Positions 29,011 through 39,752 of a DNA stretch of 64,000 nucleotides are shown here, piece after piece. The DNA comes from Desulfurococcaceae archaeon (GTDB taxonomy: Archaea > Thermoproteota > Thermoprotei_A > Sulfolobales > Desulfurococcaceae), in assembly GCA_038816475.1 (NCBI GenBank), contig JAWBAI010000001.1, positions 32,001 through 96,000 of the forward strand, written 5' to 3'. The translations under genes and the position numbers were made by a program. Under the pieces are notes generated by a model. It worked only from the letters and a program-made list of their open reading frames with translations, made no database searches and had not been told where the DNA came from. The stretch's first letter is position 1. Every line of letters starts with the position of its first letter.

Positions 29011-30444
29011 TCATTGTTTTAAAGTTCTAGCAATATCCACGGCACAGCCAGCTAGAAGTATCGTGGTTGATATCAGAAGAGTCCATGCTGAGATAGGCAT
29101 ACCCCAGATAACTCCTACAAATGTTCTTCGGGGTCCTAGAACTATAGCGCAAGCTGAGGCGAATAATGCTCCAACTATGAGTGACGCTAAACCGGTCACC
29201 TTAGTTAGTCTGCTTATCCTAGTTGACCAGTAAACTCCTACAATAGTTATTGGTGCAAGTGGTAGTAGTATTACAGAGGTTAAAACGGACATTTCAACAA
29301 TGAAGCCCGGATTGAAGTAGGCTACGACTCCAGCAGCTGAAACCAGGACTAAGTCGATGAGTCTGGCTATCACTAGTCTCTCACGAATATTTATGCTGGA
29401 AACAACGCTACCTGAGACGGCTAGTACGATGCTGTTCGATGTTGATACGGCGGCTGCTATTATTGAAACAGCTACGAGGGATCCTAGCCAGGGGTTCATT
29501 AAACTCAGCGAATAGGGTGTAAGCCTATCTCGGGTAACATCGGCAGGGATACCGTTCTTCAGTGTAAGTCCAGCCGCGAAAAGCCCCACTAGTACAACAA
29601 TAAGCGTATAGATGAATCCGTAAAAGAAGAAAAATACGGTTGATCTGCGGTAGGCTTTGTAGTCTTTTGGAAGATACAATCTTATAACAACTTGAGGGTT
29701 TGTTATAGCGAAGAACGCCCATGGTATTGTGTAAGCCAGGAATACGGGGAGACTCCAAAACTCCGTTATTCCCAAGTACCCTTTCTCTGATACTAGTGCA
29801 AAGATCTCATGAACGCTAACACCCAGGCTTCCTGCGAAGAACACTACCCAGGCTAGGTATGCTAAACCCGAGAACAGCATTATTAATCCTTGATACAAGT
29901 CTGTGAGTGCAACACTCCACATGCCTGCTACGAATATCCATAAGTAGATCAATACCGTGGAGACCAGTAATGCTTCGTGCTCACCTAAACCACCGTAGTG
30001 AAATATGGCTTTTAACCCGAGTACTTGAGCAGCCAGATAAGGTATCATCGCAAACAAGTACACACCGGTAGTAGCTAGTGCGAGAGCTCTGCTCTGGTAG
30101 AGGTCTCCTATCATCTGAGCAGGCGATATCCATGATCTACCCTTGGATAACTTCCATATGTTGCATCCAACGGTTGCAAGCAGTACCATTGTTGAAGCAA
30201 GGTACACTAGCTCAAATCCGTAGGCTCCAACACCTGTAGCATGGGTTAATCCAACGAGCCCTATCATCATGAACGCGCTGTAAGTTGTAGCCGCGTATGT
30301 TCCGAACGATATGAGCCCTCCTAATCTACCACTTGCGGTGTAGTAGTCTCTGAAAGTGCCTGTGAAATACCTTCTTGAAAGCAATGCTAACAACGTTCCA
30401 ATACTCGCATAGATAGACATTACAGCCACGAACTCCACTCTCAC
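29011..30444 (-). CDS. Sodium:solute symporter (SSS family)
   Basis: ATTYSAFMMIG, GMWSVALTDLYQG and AAAVST motifs; about 13 TM helices. Confidence 0.9.
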   Translation of the reverse strand: MRVEFVAVMSIYASIGTLLALLSRRYFTGTFRDYYTASGRLGGLISFGTYAATTYSAFMMIGLVGLTHATGVGAYGFELVYLASTMVLLATVGCNIWKLSKGRSWISPAQMIGDLYQSRALALATTGVYLFAMIPYLAAQVLGLKAIFHYGGLGEHEALLVSTVLIYLWIFVAGMWSVALTDLYQGLIMLFSGLAYLAWVVFFAGSLGVSVHEIFALVSEKGYLGITEFWSLPVFLAYTIPWAFFAITNPQVVIRLYLPKDYKAYRRSTVFFFFYGFIYTLIVVLVGLFAAGLTLKNGIPADVTRDRLTPYSLSLMNPWLGSLVAVSIIAAAVSTSNSIVLAVSGSVVSSINIRERLVIARLIDLVLVSAAGVVAYFNPGFIVEMSVLTSVILLPLAPITIVGVYWSTRISRLTKVTGLASLIVGALFASACAIVLGPRRTFVGVIWGMPISAWTLLISTTILLAGCAVDIARTLKQ

Positions 30445-30632
30445 TTTACTTCACCCACGCGGAGTTTCTCAATAGAGGATAACCAGATAATGCATAAAAC
30501 ACCGATCGCCACAGTTACAGCAGTCCAAAACAGAAAAAGAGAAAGATCCTTAGCACTACTTAGAAACAAATATGGAACTACATACATGCTAGCAATTAGT
30601 GCTAGCTGTAGCAAAATAAGCAGCTTCTTCAT
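30441..30632 (-). CDS. Small two-TM accessory protein of the SSS transporter
   Basis: 63 aa, two hydrophobic helices; its stop overlaps the symporter start. Confidence 0.7.
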   Translation of the reverse strand: MKKLLILLQLALIASMYVVPYLFLSSAKDLSLFLFWTAVTVAIGVLCIIWLSSIEKLRVGEVK

Positions 30633-30710
30633 GCGAACACCGAACAAATATTCGATCCTAGGAGTTGTTAATAAGGTGGAGAGTTTAAAAATACCTAGAG
30701 TGTGGCTAAA

Positions 30711-31718
30711 ATGAAAAGTTCAGTTAAGGAGCGTTTACTGGAAATTCTAAAGAGCTTTGAGGGAGATTACGTCCCACAGTCGTACCTTCACAGGGTTGTT
30801 AAAGCTTCTAAAAGTAGAATCTCGGAGGTTCTAAGAGAGCTAGAGCGTGAGGGATTAATACTAAGAACAACTGTTGGAAGAAGCAAGATCATATACGTAC
30901 ACCCTGGTTTCTCGGAGCACCAGCCTTCTCTTATTAGAAAGCAACTGAAGCTGGGTATTGTCTACTCAAGTGAATACTTGTTTCTTGGGTACTTCGTAAA
31001 GGAACTATCTAGACATAACATAAGGGTTAACGTGGTTGTAACTAAGGACGGTTTATCCACTACTAAAGCTGTTGCTGAAGGAGTATTAGACCTGGCTTTT
31101 TCACCACTTGTAGGACAACTTTACCTTTATCCCGTGTATAGGACGTACAAAATAGTACAAGGTGGTTTACAAGGAGGCTTCAGAGTTCTGCACAAGCCAG
31201 GAAAGAACGTAGTGTACTCTAGTATGATAAGTACTATGGATTACGTTCGACACTACGTACTTAAAAAAGGCTTAATTGATGCCGAAAAAACTGTGTACTT
31301 TGACGACTCATCGAAAATATACGACATAGTAAAGAATAGTGGTTACGTTGTTGCATGGCATCCTATTTACTTGCATCTCAAAGAGCTAGGATTTAGGGAA
31401 GTGATAACACCGCAGGATCTGGACATAGACTTCTGCTGTACTCTAGCAATATCTCGCACTGTTAATGATAGATATTATCGGTTAATTAAGAAAGCATACG
31501 CGAAAGCCATTGAAAGCTACAGGAAGAACCCCGAGAAGTTTATAGAATACTACTCAATGGTAACGGGAATTAACGTGTCTACTCTGAAAAACGCTGTTGA
31601 AGAGTATAAGGTCTCCTCCGAGATCAACAAGAAAACATATGGGAAGGTGATTAACGTCTATTCATTAAACGTCCCATCTAGTGAGGTATACATTGAATCC
31701 TTCAACGAGTATTCATGA
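30711..31718 (+). CDS. Transcription regulator: winged HTH fused to a periplasmic-binding-protein-like domain
   Basis: QSYL..SKSRISEVLRELEREGLI (wHTH); C-terminal LGIVYSSEY..DLAFSP..WHP..CCTL resembles type II solute-binding folds. Confidence 0.7.
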   Translation: MKSSVKERLLEILKSFEGDYVPQSYLHRVVKASKSRISEVLRELEREGLILRTTVGRSKIIYVHPGFSEHQPSLIRKQLKLGIVYSSEYLFLGYFVKELSRHNIRVNVVVTKDGLSTTKAVAEGVLDLAFSPLVGQLYLYPVYRTYKIVQGGLQGGFRVLHKPGKNVVYSSMISTMDYVRHYVLKKGLIDAEKTVYFDDSSKIYDIVKNSGYVVAWHPIYLHLKELGFREVITPQDLDIDFCCTLAISRTVNDRYYRLIKKAYAKAIESYRKNPEKFIEYYSMVTGINVSTLKNAVEEYKVSSEINKKTYGKVINVYSLNVPSSEVYIESFNEYS

Positions 31719-31763
31719 GATTACCTATATAAGATACGTAGCGTTATTAGTCTAATAGGGCTT

Positions 31764-32429
31764 TTGTTCGAGCTTAGAGTAGTCAACAGGAAGTATGCTC
31801 AGAGCATTCTAACGCAACTTAGGAATCGTGAAACAACTCAAATAGATTTTAGAAAAGGTTTAGTTAGGCTGGGTAGAATACTAGGTCTCGAGATAATTGA
31901 AGATTACGATGTAGAAGAAGTGGAAATTGTAACACCACTGAATGTAAAACACAGAGGAGTGAGAATAAAAGACATGGAAAACACCATTGTAATAACTGTT
32001 CTAAGAGCAGCATGGCCTTTAACGGAGGGGTTAATAAAGGTATTCTACAACGCGAAGCAGGGTGTAGTAGCTGCACGTAGAGTAGAGGAAAAGGGTATGA
32101 GTAACTGGGAATTTGATGTTGAAGTATCCTACATTAAAACTCCGAAGATAACTAGCGAAAGTGTGATTATAATAAGTGATGTTATGGTTGCAACAGGTTC
32201 AACGATAGTAAAAGTACTCCGGGAGCTCACGAATAGGGGTAAAGCAAAGAGGTACTACGTAGCATCTGTTATTACAACCCCTATTGCCTTAGAGAAGATA
32301 AGGAGTATATGCGAAGAGCTGAACTTAGTACTGAAAATGTACACAGTAGCCGTGGATCCCGTAGTCAACGATAAGGGCTACATAGTACCAGGGTTAGGGG
32401 ATGCTGGCGATAGAGCTTTCGGCTCTTAG
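31764..32429 (+). CDS. upp: Uracil phosphoribosyltransferase
   Basis: VLRAA, DVMVATGST and YIVPGLGDAGDRAFG motifs. Confidence 0.95.
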   Translation: MFELRVVNRKYAQSILTQLRNRETTQIDFRKGLVRLGRILGLEIIEDYDVEEVEIVTPLNVKHRGVRIKDMENTIVITVLRAAWPLTEGLIKVFYNAKQGVVAARRVEEKGMSNWEFDVEVSYIKTPKITSESVIIISDVMVATGSTIVKVLRELTNRGKAKRYYVASVITTPIALEKIRSICEELNLVLKMYTVAVDPVVNDKGYIVPGLGDAGDRAFGS

Positions 32430-33262
32430 CGACCCGCAGTCGAGTCTGCGAGCTCTTCGAGCATAGATACGAAGTTTACGTCGAGTTTTTTGTATCTCTC
32501 AAGGCTTCCCACATCGAACCACTCTCCATCGTACATGTACGCGTAAACCTTAAAGTTCCTTTCCAACAGCCATGGTACAAGGTCTCCCATGAAGTCAAAG
32601 GATTTGCCAATGGAATCTTCGATTCTTTCTCTAAAGACGTGTTCCTCGGCGAGAGCTATACCTATGGTTACAGGAATATCGAGAACGGGTTTTTCCGCTA
32701 TGTACGTAACTCTGCTATCGCTGTTCACCCTTACTACACCTACTGGAACCTGGTACTTACTGGCTACAACAAGTGTTAAGTCTGCATCATGCTTTTCGTG
32801 AAACTTTACGAGGTCTTCCAAGTTTAACGTAGCTAGGATATCACCGTACCATATCAAGCATCTACCTTTTGCTTCGCCCGTTCTGTAAGCCTTAAGAACA
32901 GCACCACCAGTTCCAAAGTAGCCCTCCCTCTCATCGTCTAGGGAGTACTTTATTCGAACACCGAAACGAGCACCGTCCCCAAAGTAGTTGTATATGTACT
33001 TCCACTTGTAGTTAACCAAGAACACGAAATCCCTAATACCCCATTTCTTTAACCAGTTCACAATGAGCTCCAGAACAGGCTTTTCGTTGCGCCCAATAGG
33101 AATCATGGGTTTGGGTATGATCTCCGTGTACGGGTGAAATCTAGACCCGGAACCACCAGCTAGTATAAGTGCGTTTATTGACGTATCCAACCAGAACCCC
33201 GGTTTCAACTGAGAACTAATATGTAGCTCTGAAGTTAAAAAGACTTTCTCTTCATCATTCAA
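32426..33262 (-). CDS. Sugar-phosphate nucleotidyltransferase
   Basis: LAGGSGSRFHPYT..PKPM, GTGG, YGD and WFDVGS motifs. Confidence 0.9.
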   Translation of the reverse strand: MNDEEKVFLTSELHISSQLKPGFWLDTSINALILAGGSGSRFHPYTEIIPKPMIPIGRNEKPVLELIVNWLKKWGIRDFVFLVNYKWKYIYNYFGDGARFGVRIKYSLDDEREGYFGTGGAVLKAYRTGEAKGRCLIWYGDILATLNLEDLVKFHEKHDADLTLVVASKYQVPVGVVRVNSDSRVTYIAEKPVLDIPVTIGIALAEEHVFRERIEDSIGKSFDFMGDLVPWLLERNFKVYAYMYDGEWFDVGSLERYKKLDVNFVSMLEELADSTAGR

Positions 33263-34250
33263 GTAAACGGAGCTCAGCGATCAGCTCACGTGTAGTTCTC
33301 CTTACAGACTCTTTAGAGCTAAGCGTGGGTTTCCAGCCTAACTTCATTATTCTCTCTACATCTAGTGCTATTCTCTTAACGTCACCGAGCCAGCCCACTC
33401 CGTGTAAAACGGGTTTATAGATCACTCTTGTCTTGTTCTTGAGATTCAGCTCGCTCAGAATAACATCTACAACGTCGTTAACTGTTATCCAGTCGATATT
33501 GCCTATGTTGTATACGTTGTACCCGCTTGGTGACTTAAGCCATGCAACTAGGGTTGCATCAATGGCATCTGTGATATAGAGGTAACTTCTAACTTGTGTA
33601 CCATCCCCTAGAACTTCTAGAACCTCCTTATTTCTGGTTAGCTTTGTGAGCAAGTCGTATATCACTCCGTGTCTGAGCCTAGGTCCTACTATGTTAGCAT
33701 ACCTTAGGATGATAGCGTTCACTCCGTATAGCTTGCTGTAAGCATGTATTAGACTTTCGCAAGAAGCCTTGCTTGCACCGTACACGGAAACCGGTCTTAA
33801 TGGAGCAGTCTCATCCACGGGTATGTTCTCAGGTTCTCCGTAGACAGAGCTCGAAGATGCGAACACTATTTTCTCAACATCGTTTCTGCGCATAGCTTCG
33901 AGAACGTTAAACGTGGCTACGATATTCTCGTTGAAGTGTACTTCTGGTGCGATACTACTAACTCTAACCTCAGGGTTAGCCGCTAGGTGAAAAACCACGT
34001 CTGCGTTGGTTATAGCTCTATATGTGTCCTCTCGATTCTTTAGGTCTACTTGAATGAACTCGGCAGAGCCTTTGTTCAGGTGGTGGCGAATGTTCTCGAT
34101 ACTTCCCGAGGAGAGGTTGTCGATCACCACTACGTGGTAGTTTAATTCCACAAGTTTGTCAACTAGATGACTTCCAATAAAACCCGCTCCTCCTGTTACT
34201 ATGACTTTCATCGGTTGATCCTGTATCATAGTCTCAGGCTCAAAGCCCAA
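33255..34250 (-). CDS. NAD-dependent epimerase/dehydratase (GalE-like)
   Basis: TGGAGFIGSH, SSSSVYG, YGASK and RYANIVG; start probably 34229 or 34211. Confidence 0.92.
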   Translation of the reverse strand: MGFEPETMIQDQPMKVIVTGGAGFIGSHLVDKLVELNYHVVVIDNLSSGSIENIRHHLNKGSAEFIQVDLKNREDTYRAITNADVVFHLAANPEVRVSSIAPEVHFNENIVATFNVLEAMRRNDVEKIVFASSSSVYGEPENIPVDETAPLRPVSVYGASKASCESLIHAYSKLYGVNAIILRYANIVGPRLRHGVIYDLLTKLTRNKEVLEVLGDGTQVRSYLYITDAIDATLVAWLKSPSGYNVYNIGNIDWITVNDVVDVILSELNLKNKTRVIYKPVLHGVGWLGDVKRIALDVERIMKLGWKPTLSSKESVRRTTRELIAELRLLE

Positions 34251-34314
34251 CGCTGTCTTAAGTACTACACGTGGTAATAACGATAGAACAGTATATCACT
34301 TGAGGAGATAAATC

Positions 34315-36642
34315 TTACACTATCGGCTTACCGTACCTTTTTGTTAAGGGCTTACTAGTTGCGGCGAGCTTTTCAAGGTAAATTTTCTCCAGTACGTACA
34401 AGCCCTTCTTTCTCGATAAGTACCTGTTATTGTTACCGCAGTATGGACTGTAAACACATTGCGGACATCCATCCTCGCACGTACAACTACTCATGATCTC
34501 GTATGTTACACCAAGAGTGTCCTCTAGCTTATTGTAGAGTAGTTTTGCAAGACCTGACCCTCCTATCGTTGCATCGTACACTATAATGTCCCCACTGGGG
34601 TAGCTTATGCCGCCGAGCTCTGTTAACCCTGCTCCGCAGGTTATACTTGAAGCCGATATCAAACCGTGTTCTATTGCGTGGAAAGCTTCAGCGGAGCTCA
34701 CAATATCCAGTCCTTCGATTTCTGGGAACTTTATCAGCACAGCTTTTGTAACGTACTTGTACTCCACAGGAGCTTCTAACTCGTTCACGTAGATTGTTCT
34801 ACCGTTTTCCAGGTCCTTCATGACGTATCCGTAAACGACCTCTTTGAGGAGAACCTTAGCGTAGGAAACAGCTACACCTAATTCGCTTGATCTTTCGTCG
34901 TAAACAACGTAATCAGCTACATCAACTTCGTAGAGAGGTCTTGTGTAGTAGTGAACACTATTCTCTATTCTTCTTACAACAGCAACTCGCTCTTCCAAAT
35001 CTAGGCGAACAACCCTATATGGTTTACCACCGTGGTAGTACACAGCATCCGGGTAAAGCTCTAGTATGGCTATTGGGAGCTCTCTCGTACCTATAGTACT
35101 CCCTGAAGAGTAATCGTTGATCACTATCTGCTCGCTAAAGCTCCTTATACTTTGTCTTTCCGAGAAATACCTGTACGCTGCACCGTAAATGGGTATCACG
35201 TAAGGCCCCACTCTCTTCAATACACCGCTTAACACGAGATCTTCCACGACAAGTTTCCACTCTTTAGGCAAGTAGTGAATGTTTGCTTTTCCCAACTGGA
35301 GGGTGTAAGCAACGAGGTGAAGCTTAGAGACCTCCTCGTTATATGGCTCAATAACACTCGGAGGTAACTTCTGCTCAAAGAACTTCTCAGGATTTCTAGT
35401 GTAGTAAGCTTCTATCGGGTCATTACCTAGCACTGTGATAACGTATCCCTTACCTCTTCTACCAGCTCTACCAGCTCTCTGAATATACCTCGTGTAAGAT
35501 GGAGGTAGCGTGGCCAATACAACTGCGTCAAGTACTCCCACGTCAATACCCAGTTCTAGCGTTGGTGTGGCGATCACGCCATCAAGTAGCCCCTCGCGTA
35601 GCTTTTGCTCTACATCTCTTCTATGGTCATAAGGTAAACCAGCTCTATGAACAGACACTTTTACACCAAGCTTACCAATTAGAAATGCAGTAAGTAGCTC
35701 AGCGAACTGCTGACTATCCACGAACACTATGAACCTCTTACCGTTCTCGGTCAGAAACTTCACTATTGTCAAGATAACACTAAGTTTATCCATATATCCC
35801 GTTGAGATGAACACATGAACAGCTGAACCCTTTCTTCGAGCTGGTCCTTTTATTTCTACAAAGCTTTCCTCGAACAAGCTCTCAGCAAACTCCTTAGGGT
35901 TACCTATGGTTGCAGACGATGCTATAATCTGTGTTTTTTCTCTCCTGAATGCTTTGATTCTGTGTACAAGATGATGTAGGTGGGCACCCAGCACACCATC
36001 GTATACGTGTAGTTCGTCAAAGACAAGTGTACGCGTATTCTTCACGAAGTTTCGAATATAGGGGCTAAAAACTAATCCTGTGTGGATCATGTCAGGGTTT
36101 GAGACAATAACTGGGGGTGGATTTAGTGCAATCTTTTTTCGTACGTTCTCCGGGGTGTCTCCATCGTATATACTAACACCAAGTTTTCCATAAACCAGGT
36201 ACTCGGAAAACCGTTTAACCTGGTCTCTGGCTAAAGCCTTTGTTGGGTATAGTAGAAGCACCTTTGGATTCTCTCCTATTTCTTCCAGAGCTTTCTTTGC
36301 TATTGGGAGAAAGAAAGCCTCGGTTTTACCCATACCTGTCCCGGCTGAGATCACTACGTTTTCTCCGTTCAGAATGCGTTTGTATGCTTCAAATTGAAAC
36401 TTGTACAAGTTTCTTATGCCACGTTTTTCTAGAACCTCTACGAGGGGTCTTGGAAGATCAATATCATAAACGCACGGACCTTCCTCTGGTTCGTAAACCT
36501 CCTCTATTCTCTCGTAAACAACGTGAACTCTACTTCTTGGATAAAGGAACCCTAGGTGTTGATTCAGTTCAATTGTAAAAGCATCTCTAATGGTTCTAGT
36601 CAAGCGGATCACTTGCCGGCGAACTCCACAGTAATTATCCAT
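34315..36642 (-). CDS. DEAD/DEAH helicase with C-terminal DUF1998 (Hrq1/SftH-like)
   Basis: GTGMGKT, DELH, SAT, LELGIDVG, QRAGRAGR; HAIEH and CTCEDGCPQC Zn site. Confidence 0.9.
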   Translation of the reverse strand: MDNYCGVRRQVIRLTRTIRDAFTIELNQHLGFLYPRSRVHVVYERIEEVYEPEEGPCVYDIDLPRPLVEVLEKRGIRNLYKFQFEAYKRILNGENVVISAGTGMGKTEAFFLPIAKKALEEIGENPKVLLLYPTKALARDQVKRFSEYLVYGKLGVSIYDGDTPENVRKKIALNPPPVIVSNPDMIHTGLVFSPYIRNFVKNTRTLVFDELHVYDGVLGAHLHHLVHRIKAFRREKTQIIASSATIGNPKEFAESLFEESFVEIKGPARRKGSAVHVFISTGYMDKLSVILTIVKFLTENGKRFIVFVDSQQFAELLTAFLIGKLGVKVSVHRAGLPYDHRRDVEQKLREGLLDGVIATPTLELGIDVGVLDAVVLATLPPSYTRYIQRAGRAGRRGKGYVITVLGNDPIEAYYTRNPEKFFEQKLPPSVIEPYNEEVSKLHLVAYTLQLGKANIHYLPKEWKLVVEDLVLSGVLKRVGPYVIPIYGAAYRYFSERQSIRSFSEQIVINDYSSGSTIGTRELPIAILELYPDAVYYHGGKPYRVVRLDLEERVAVVRRIENSVHYYTRPLYEVDVADYVVYDERSSELGVAVSYAKVLLKEVVYGYVMKDLENGRTIYVNELEAPVEYKYVTKAVLIKFPEIEGLDIVSSAEAFHAIEHGLISASSITCGAGLTELGGISYPSGDIIVYDATIGGSGLAKLLYNKLEDTLGVTYEIMSSCTCEDGCPQCVYSPYCGNNNRYLSRKKGLYVLEKIYLEKLAATSKPLTKRYGKPIV

Positions 36643-36742
36643 TGGCGAGCTCTTATTTGCAAGAGCATTGCCAATGCTTGGTGCGTTTAAGTAAAACTAA
36701 ACAAAGCTGTATTAGGTATGAATGAGACTAAGTACGTTGAAA

Positions 36743-37663
36743 CTATTCTTCGTATCTCAACTCGAATACTTCGTTGCTACTAAGTTTTACTGTTCCAGTA
36801 TCGGATTCTACTACTAGATCGCCTGTTTCAGTTATAGATTTGGCAATTCCTCTCACTACTTCGCCTTTCACGGTATATGCTCGAACCTTCTTACCGAGTG
36901 TATCGAGTAAGTCTATGTACAGAGACTGGATCTTCCTGTGGTTTTCGGCGTAAACTTCGAGCTTGCCAAAGAAACCAGTTATTTGTGCTATGATACTGTT
37001 TCTTGGAACAAGCTTATCAACAATAAGCTTTAAGCTGGTTGCTGTTTCTAGTGGTGGCTCGTTATTGACGTTCATACCGATGCCTATGGTTGCTACCACT
37101 CTGCCCCCGTAAACCTCGCCTTCGAGAATAATTCCCGCGAGCTTCTTCCGCCTGTAAACTATGTCGTTAGGCCATTTGATCTCTGCCTGAAATCCCCATC
37201 TTTCCCGCAAGTACAAGCAAATTAGTGTGGGTATAACTATGGGTAATAATTGGACGAGTGATGGGGTAAGTTCTATATTGTACGATGCCCATAAACCGCC
37301 AAGATTACTAATCCACTGTTTAAGGTGTCTACCGTAGCCTTTAAGCTGATGTTCGGCAACTACAAGAGTCCATGGTGGAGACCTCTTGGCAACAACCATA
37401 GTTGATCCTACCAGGATCTTGTAGGTGTAGTTCCACCCCCAAGGTTTAAGCCATGCTGGATTATCTCCAGCTTGCCAGATGATGCTGTCTCTTTCGAGTT
37501 TTATCATGTAGTTTTTGGAGAGATCCTCAATGATCCCCCTAAGGTCATCCTCTTGTATACCTAGTTCAGCGGCGAGCCTAGATATGTTGGCGCGTTCTCG
37601 GGTGGATAGGGTTCTCAAAATCTCCAGTTTCACGTATATAGAGCTCAGTATGTCTTTGTTCAT
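36743..37663 (-). CDS. birA: Biotin-protein ligase with N-terminal HTH
   Basis: AEHQLKGYGR, KWPND, KLAGIL and GIGMNV motifs; C-terminal SH3-like domain. Confidence 0.85.
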   Translation of the reverse strand: MNKDILSSIYVKLEILRTLSTRERANISRLAAELGIQEDDLRGIIEDLSKNYMIKLERDSIIWQAGDNPAWLKPWGWNYTYKILVGSTMVVAKRSPPWTLVVAEHQLKGYGRHLKQWISNLGGLWASYNIELTPSLVQLLPIVIPTLICLYLRERWGFQAEIKWPNDIVYRRKKLAGIILEGEVYGGRVVATIGIGMNVNNEPPLETATSLKLIVDKLVPRNSIIAQITGFFGKLEVYAENHRKIQSLYIDLLDTLGKKVRAYTVKGEVVRGIAKSITETGDLVVESDTGTVKLSSNEVFELRYEE

Positions 37664-38328
37664 TTCTTAACCCTTCCTATGATCTTATCTACTCTAAGAA
37701 CGGTCGGTAAATCAGGATATATCTGTCTTAAAAAGTCGTATAGATTAACTACAGGAGCATTCAGCCTTGCTGGTTGAAGTTCAACTATTCCTTCTCTCCA
37801 TAATTTTGAAAGTGCAAGAAGAAATAAGCTTCTTACGTTCTCAGCTTCTTTAGCAGCAAGATACTCGTTTCTCAAGTAGTAATATAGTATTGGAATGTTA
37901 TTCCCGAATTTTTCAAGGGCCTCTCGGTCTTTTTTCACAATGTGGCATGCTAAGCTGAGACCGTAATCCGTTGAAGCAGTAATGTACTTGTTTACTTCAT
38001 CTATGCTGTACTTGACATGCCTTGGAATATACGGAAAGCTTCTGCAAATGTAGGGTTTATAGATGTAGTGTATTGTACACTTGTTATTCCTTAGGAAAGG
38101 ACACTGCTTACCGGTATTCAACTGCATAGCGTAGCTGAATGCTAAGTTAACACCTCTAATAGCCTCGTACACGGTGTACCCAGGTGTGAACCTCACGTCT
38201 ACATCTAGTAATTCTCCAAGCTTTTTCAGAATAACCTCTTCGTGTGGAAGCACTGATATAGGGGACATTTTGCAGCAGTCTCCGCACATATCGCACATAA
38301 ATACTGGGATACTACTGGTTGATACCAA
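37660..38328 (-). CDS. YkgJ-family CxxCxxCC (Fe-S/Zn) protein
   Basis: CDMCGDCC, CPFL..CTIH..KPYICRSFP. Confidence 0.85.
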   Translation of the reverse strand: MVSTSSIPVFMCDMCGDCCKMSPISVLPHEEVILKKLGELLDVDVRFTPGYTVYEAIRGVNLAFSYAMQLNTGKQCPFLRNNKCTIHYIYKPYICRSFPYIPRHVKYSIDEVNKYITASTDYGLSLACHIVKKDREALEKFGNNIPILYYYLRNEYLAAKEAENVRSLFLLALSKLWREGIVELQPARLNAPVVNLYDFLRQIYPDLPTVLRVDKIIGRVKK

Positions 38329-38340
38329 AAGATTTTACAC

Positions 38341-38886
38341 CTACACAGTCGCGTAGTAACCCGGTATATGCTCCCTATACAGCATCTTAACTCTTTCAAC
38401 TCCACGGATCTCCTCGATGTACTCAGCAACGGGTGGTGGAACTAGCTCCTTCCAACGAGGATCCCCCATAGCCATCAATCTCCTAACCTCCGACCCAGTG
38501 AACTTTGTTCTATCCCGTATAGATGGTTCTACAACATCATACCCTTCTTCTATGAACAACTGCTTTATAATGGGGTTAAGTGTTAGAACAGTGTGAAATG
38601 CAGGACTATAGAGCTTTACGTAGTGAACAGCAACTCTGCTAACCTCCATTGTTGGTATTGTAACGGTTATCACTCTGGATAAATCGTAGTTTCTCCATTT
38701 TAAGGCTCTTCTTATCATCTCTATGCGTTCACCGGCTGTGAACGGGTTTTCTGGAGTGTGGCTCTGACTAGCCATACCAACTGCTACCACAACTTCATTT
38801 GAGATCGAAAAAGCGTATTCGAGCGCGTGCAAGTGTCCATAGTGCAAAGGCTGAAACCTCGCTATCATTAAGCATCTTTTAGTCAT
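38341..38886 (-). CDS. nadM: Nicotinamide-nucleotide adenylyltransferase
   Basis: RFQPLHYGH, SHTPENPFTAGER and GSEVRR motifs. Confidence 0.93.
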   Translation of the reverse strand: MTKRCLMIARFQPLHYGHLHALEYAFSISNEVVVAVGMASQSHTPENPFTAGERIEMIRRALKWRNYDLSRVITVTIPTMEVSRVAVHYVKLYSPAFHTVLTLNPIIKQLFIEEGYDVVEPSIRDRTKFTGSEVRRLMAMGDPRWKELVPPPVAEYIEEIRGVERVKMLYREHIPGYYATV

Positions 38887-38949
38887 GCGCGTAACCCATG
38901 TACTAGCAGTTTCTTTGGTACCTAAATATTAGTTTATCAGTTAAGGTTG

Positions 38950-39330
38950 TCACTGAGATGTCTTGAGTTTTCTGTAGTAATCTTCGAGTATTCTTACGAT
39001 CTCCTTTGCTCTCTCAGTTTCTAGACTGAGAATACACTGCTCCAGGAGCTCGATTTTGTACTTCTTGTACTCATCTTGTGATATCTCACCTTGAGATAAC
39101 ATTCTTTCCAACAACGCGATGCAATCTCTATCGAGACCTCTGCGTGAAGGCACTAATGCCATTATATAAGAGTATCTCTCGTCCACCGGTCTTATCTCTA
39201 CGTACTTTTCGATCCCCGATTTTATAACTAGGTCTCTTACTTTCTCCAGCTCGTGAATTTCGAAAATAAAGCACTCAATTTTCTTGAAAGCCGTAATAAC
39301 CCTTTCTACCAGAGAAACGAGCTCACTCAC
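38950..39330 (-). CDS. Hypothetical protein
   Basis: 126 aa; 4-bp overlap with the upstream gene; GGTGA RBS. Confidence 0.7.
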   Translation of the reverse strand: MSELVSLVERVITAFKKIECFIFEIHELEKVRDLVIKSGIEKYVEIRPVDERYSYIMALVPSRRGLDRDCIALLERMLSQGEISQDEYKKYKIELLEQCILSLETERAKEIVRILEDYYRKLKTSQ

Positions 39331-39752
39331 TTTTCATCACCGAGCTTTGTCATTATCACAGGAATTTTCTGAGAATCTAAAACAAGTCTAACAAGCCACG
39401 CGAACACAGGGTCACCCTTACTGTACACTACGTAGCCATTCCTGTATTTAGCTCTGTAAACCATTTGACCCTTGCTATTGTACACTGAAATGTACCCTTT
39501 AACGGTGTTCCTAAAGTTTCTAACCATCCATACGTGTATGGCGAAGTCTCCTGGGTCTAAGCTTAGCGAAACATACTTGGCTTCTCCACGCGAGTAAGTT
39601 GGCTTAGCCTGTTCCTCATTGTACCGGGCTTTCGTGTAGGAAAAAAGCCCCTCTCTTTTCTTGTAAACGAAAACCATGCTGTAAAGAACGTGTTTTCCAC
39701 GTCTACTGCGTGATCTCTCGATTTTGAAAACTAGTGCTTGCAACACGCTCAT
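39327..39752 (-). CDS. Hypothetical basic beta-rich protein
   Basis: 141 aa; translationally coupled on both sides; rich in K/R and aromatic residues. Confidence 0.7.
   Translation of the reverse strand: MSVLQALVFKIERSRSRRGKHVLYSMVFVYKKREGLFSYTKARYNEEQAKPTYSRGEAKYVSLSLDPGDFAIHVWMVRNFRNTVKGYISVYNSKGQMVYRAKYRNGYVVYSKGDPVFAWLVRLVLDSQKIPVIMTKLGDEK

Noticed and set aside
34315-36642. DISARM DrmB-type defence helicase
   Set aside because: No drmA, drmC or methylase neighbours; fits a stand-alone Hrq1/SftH-type repair helicase
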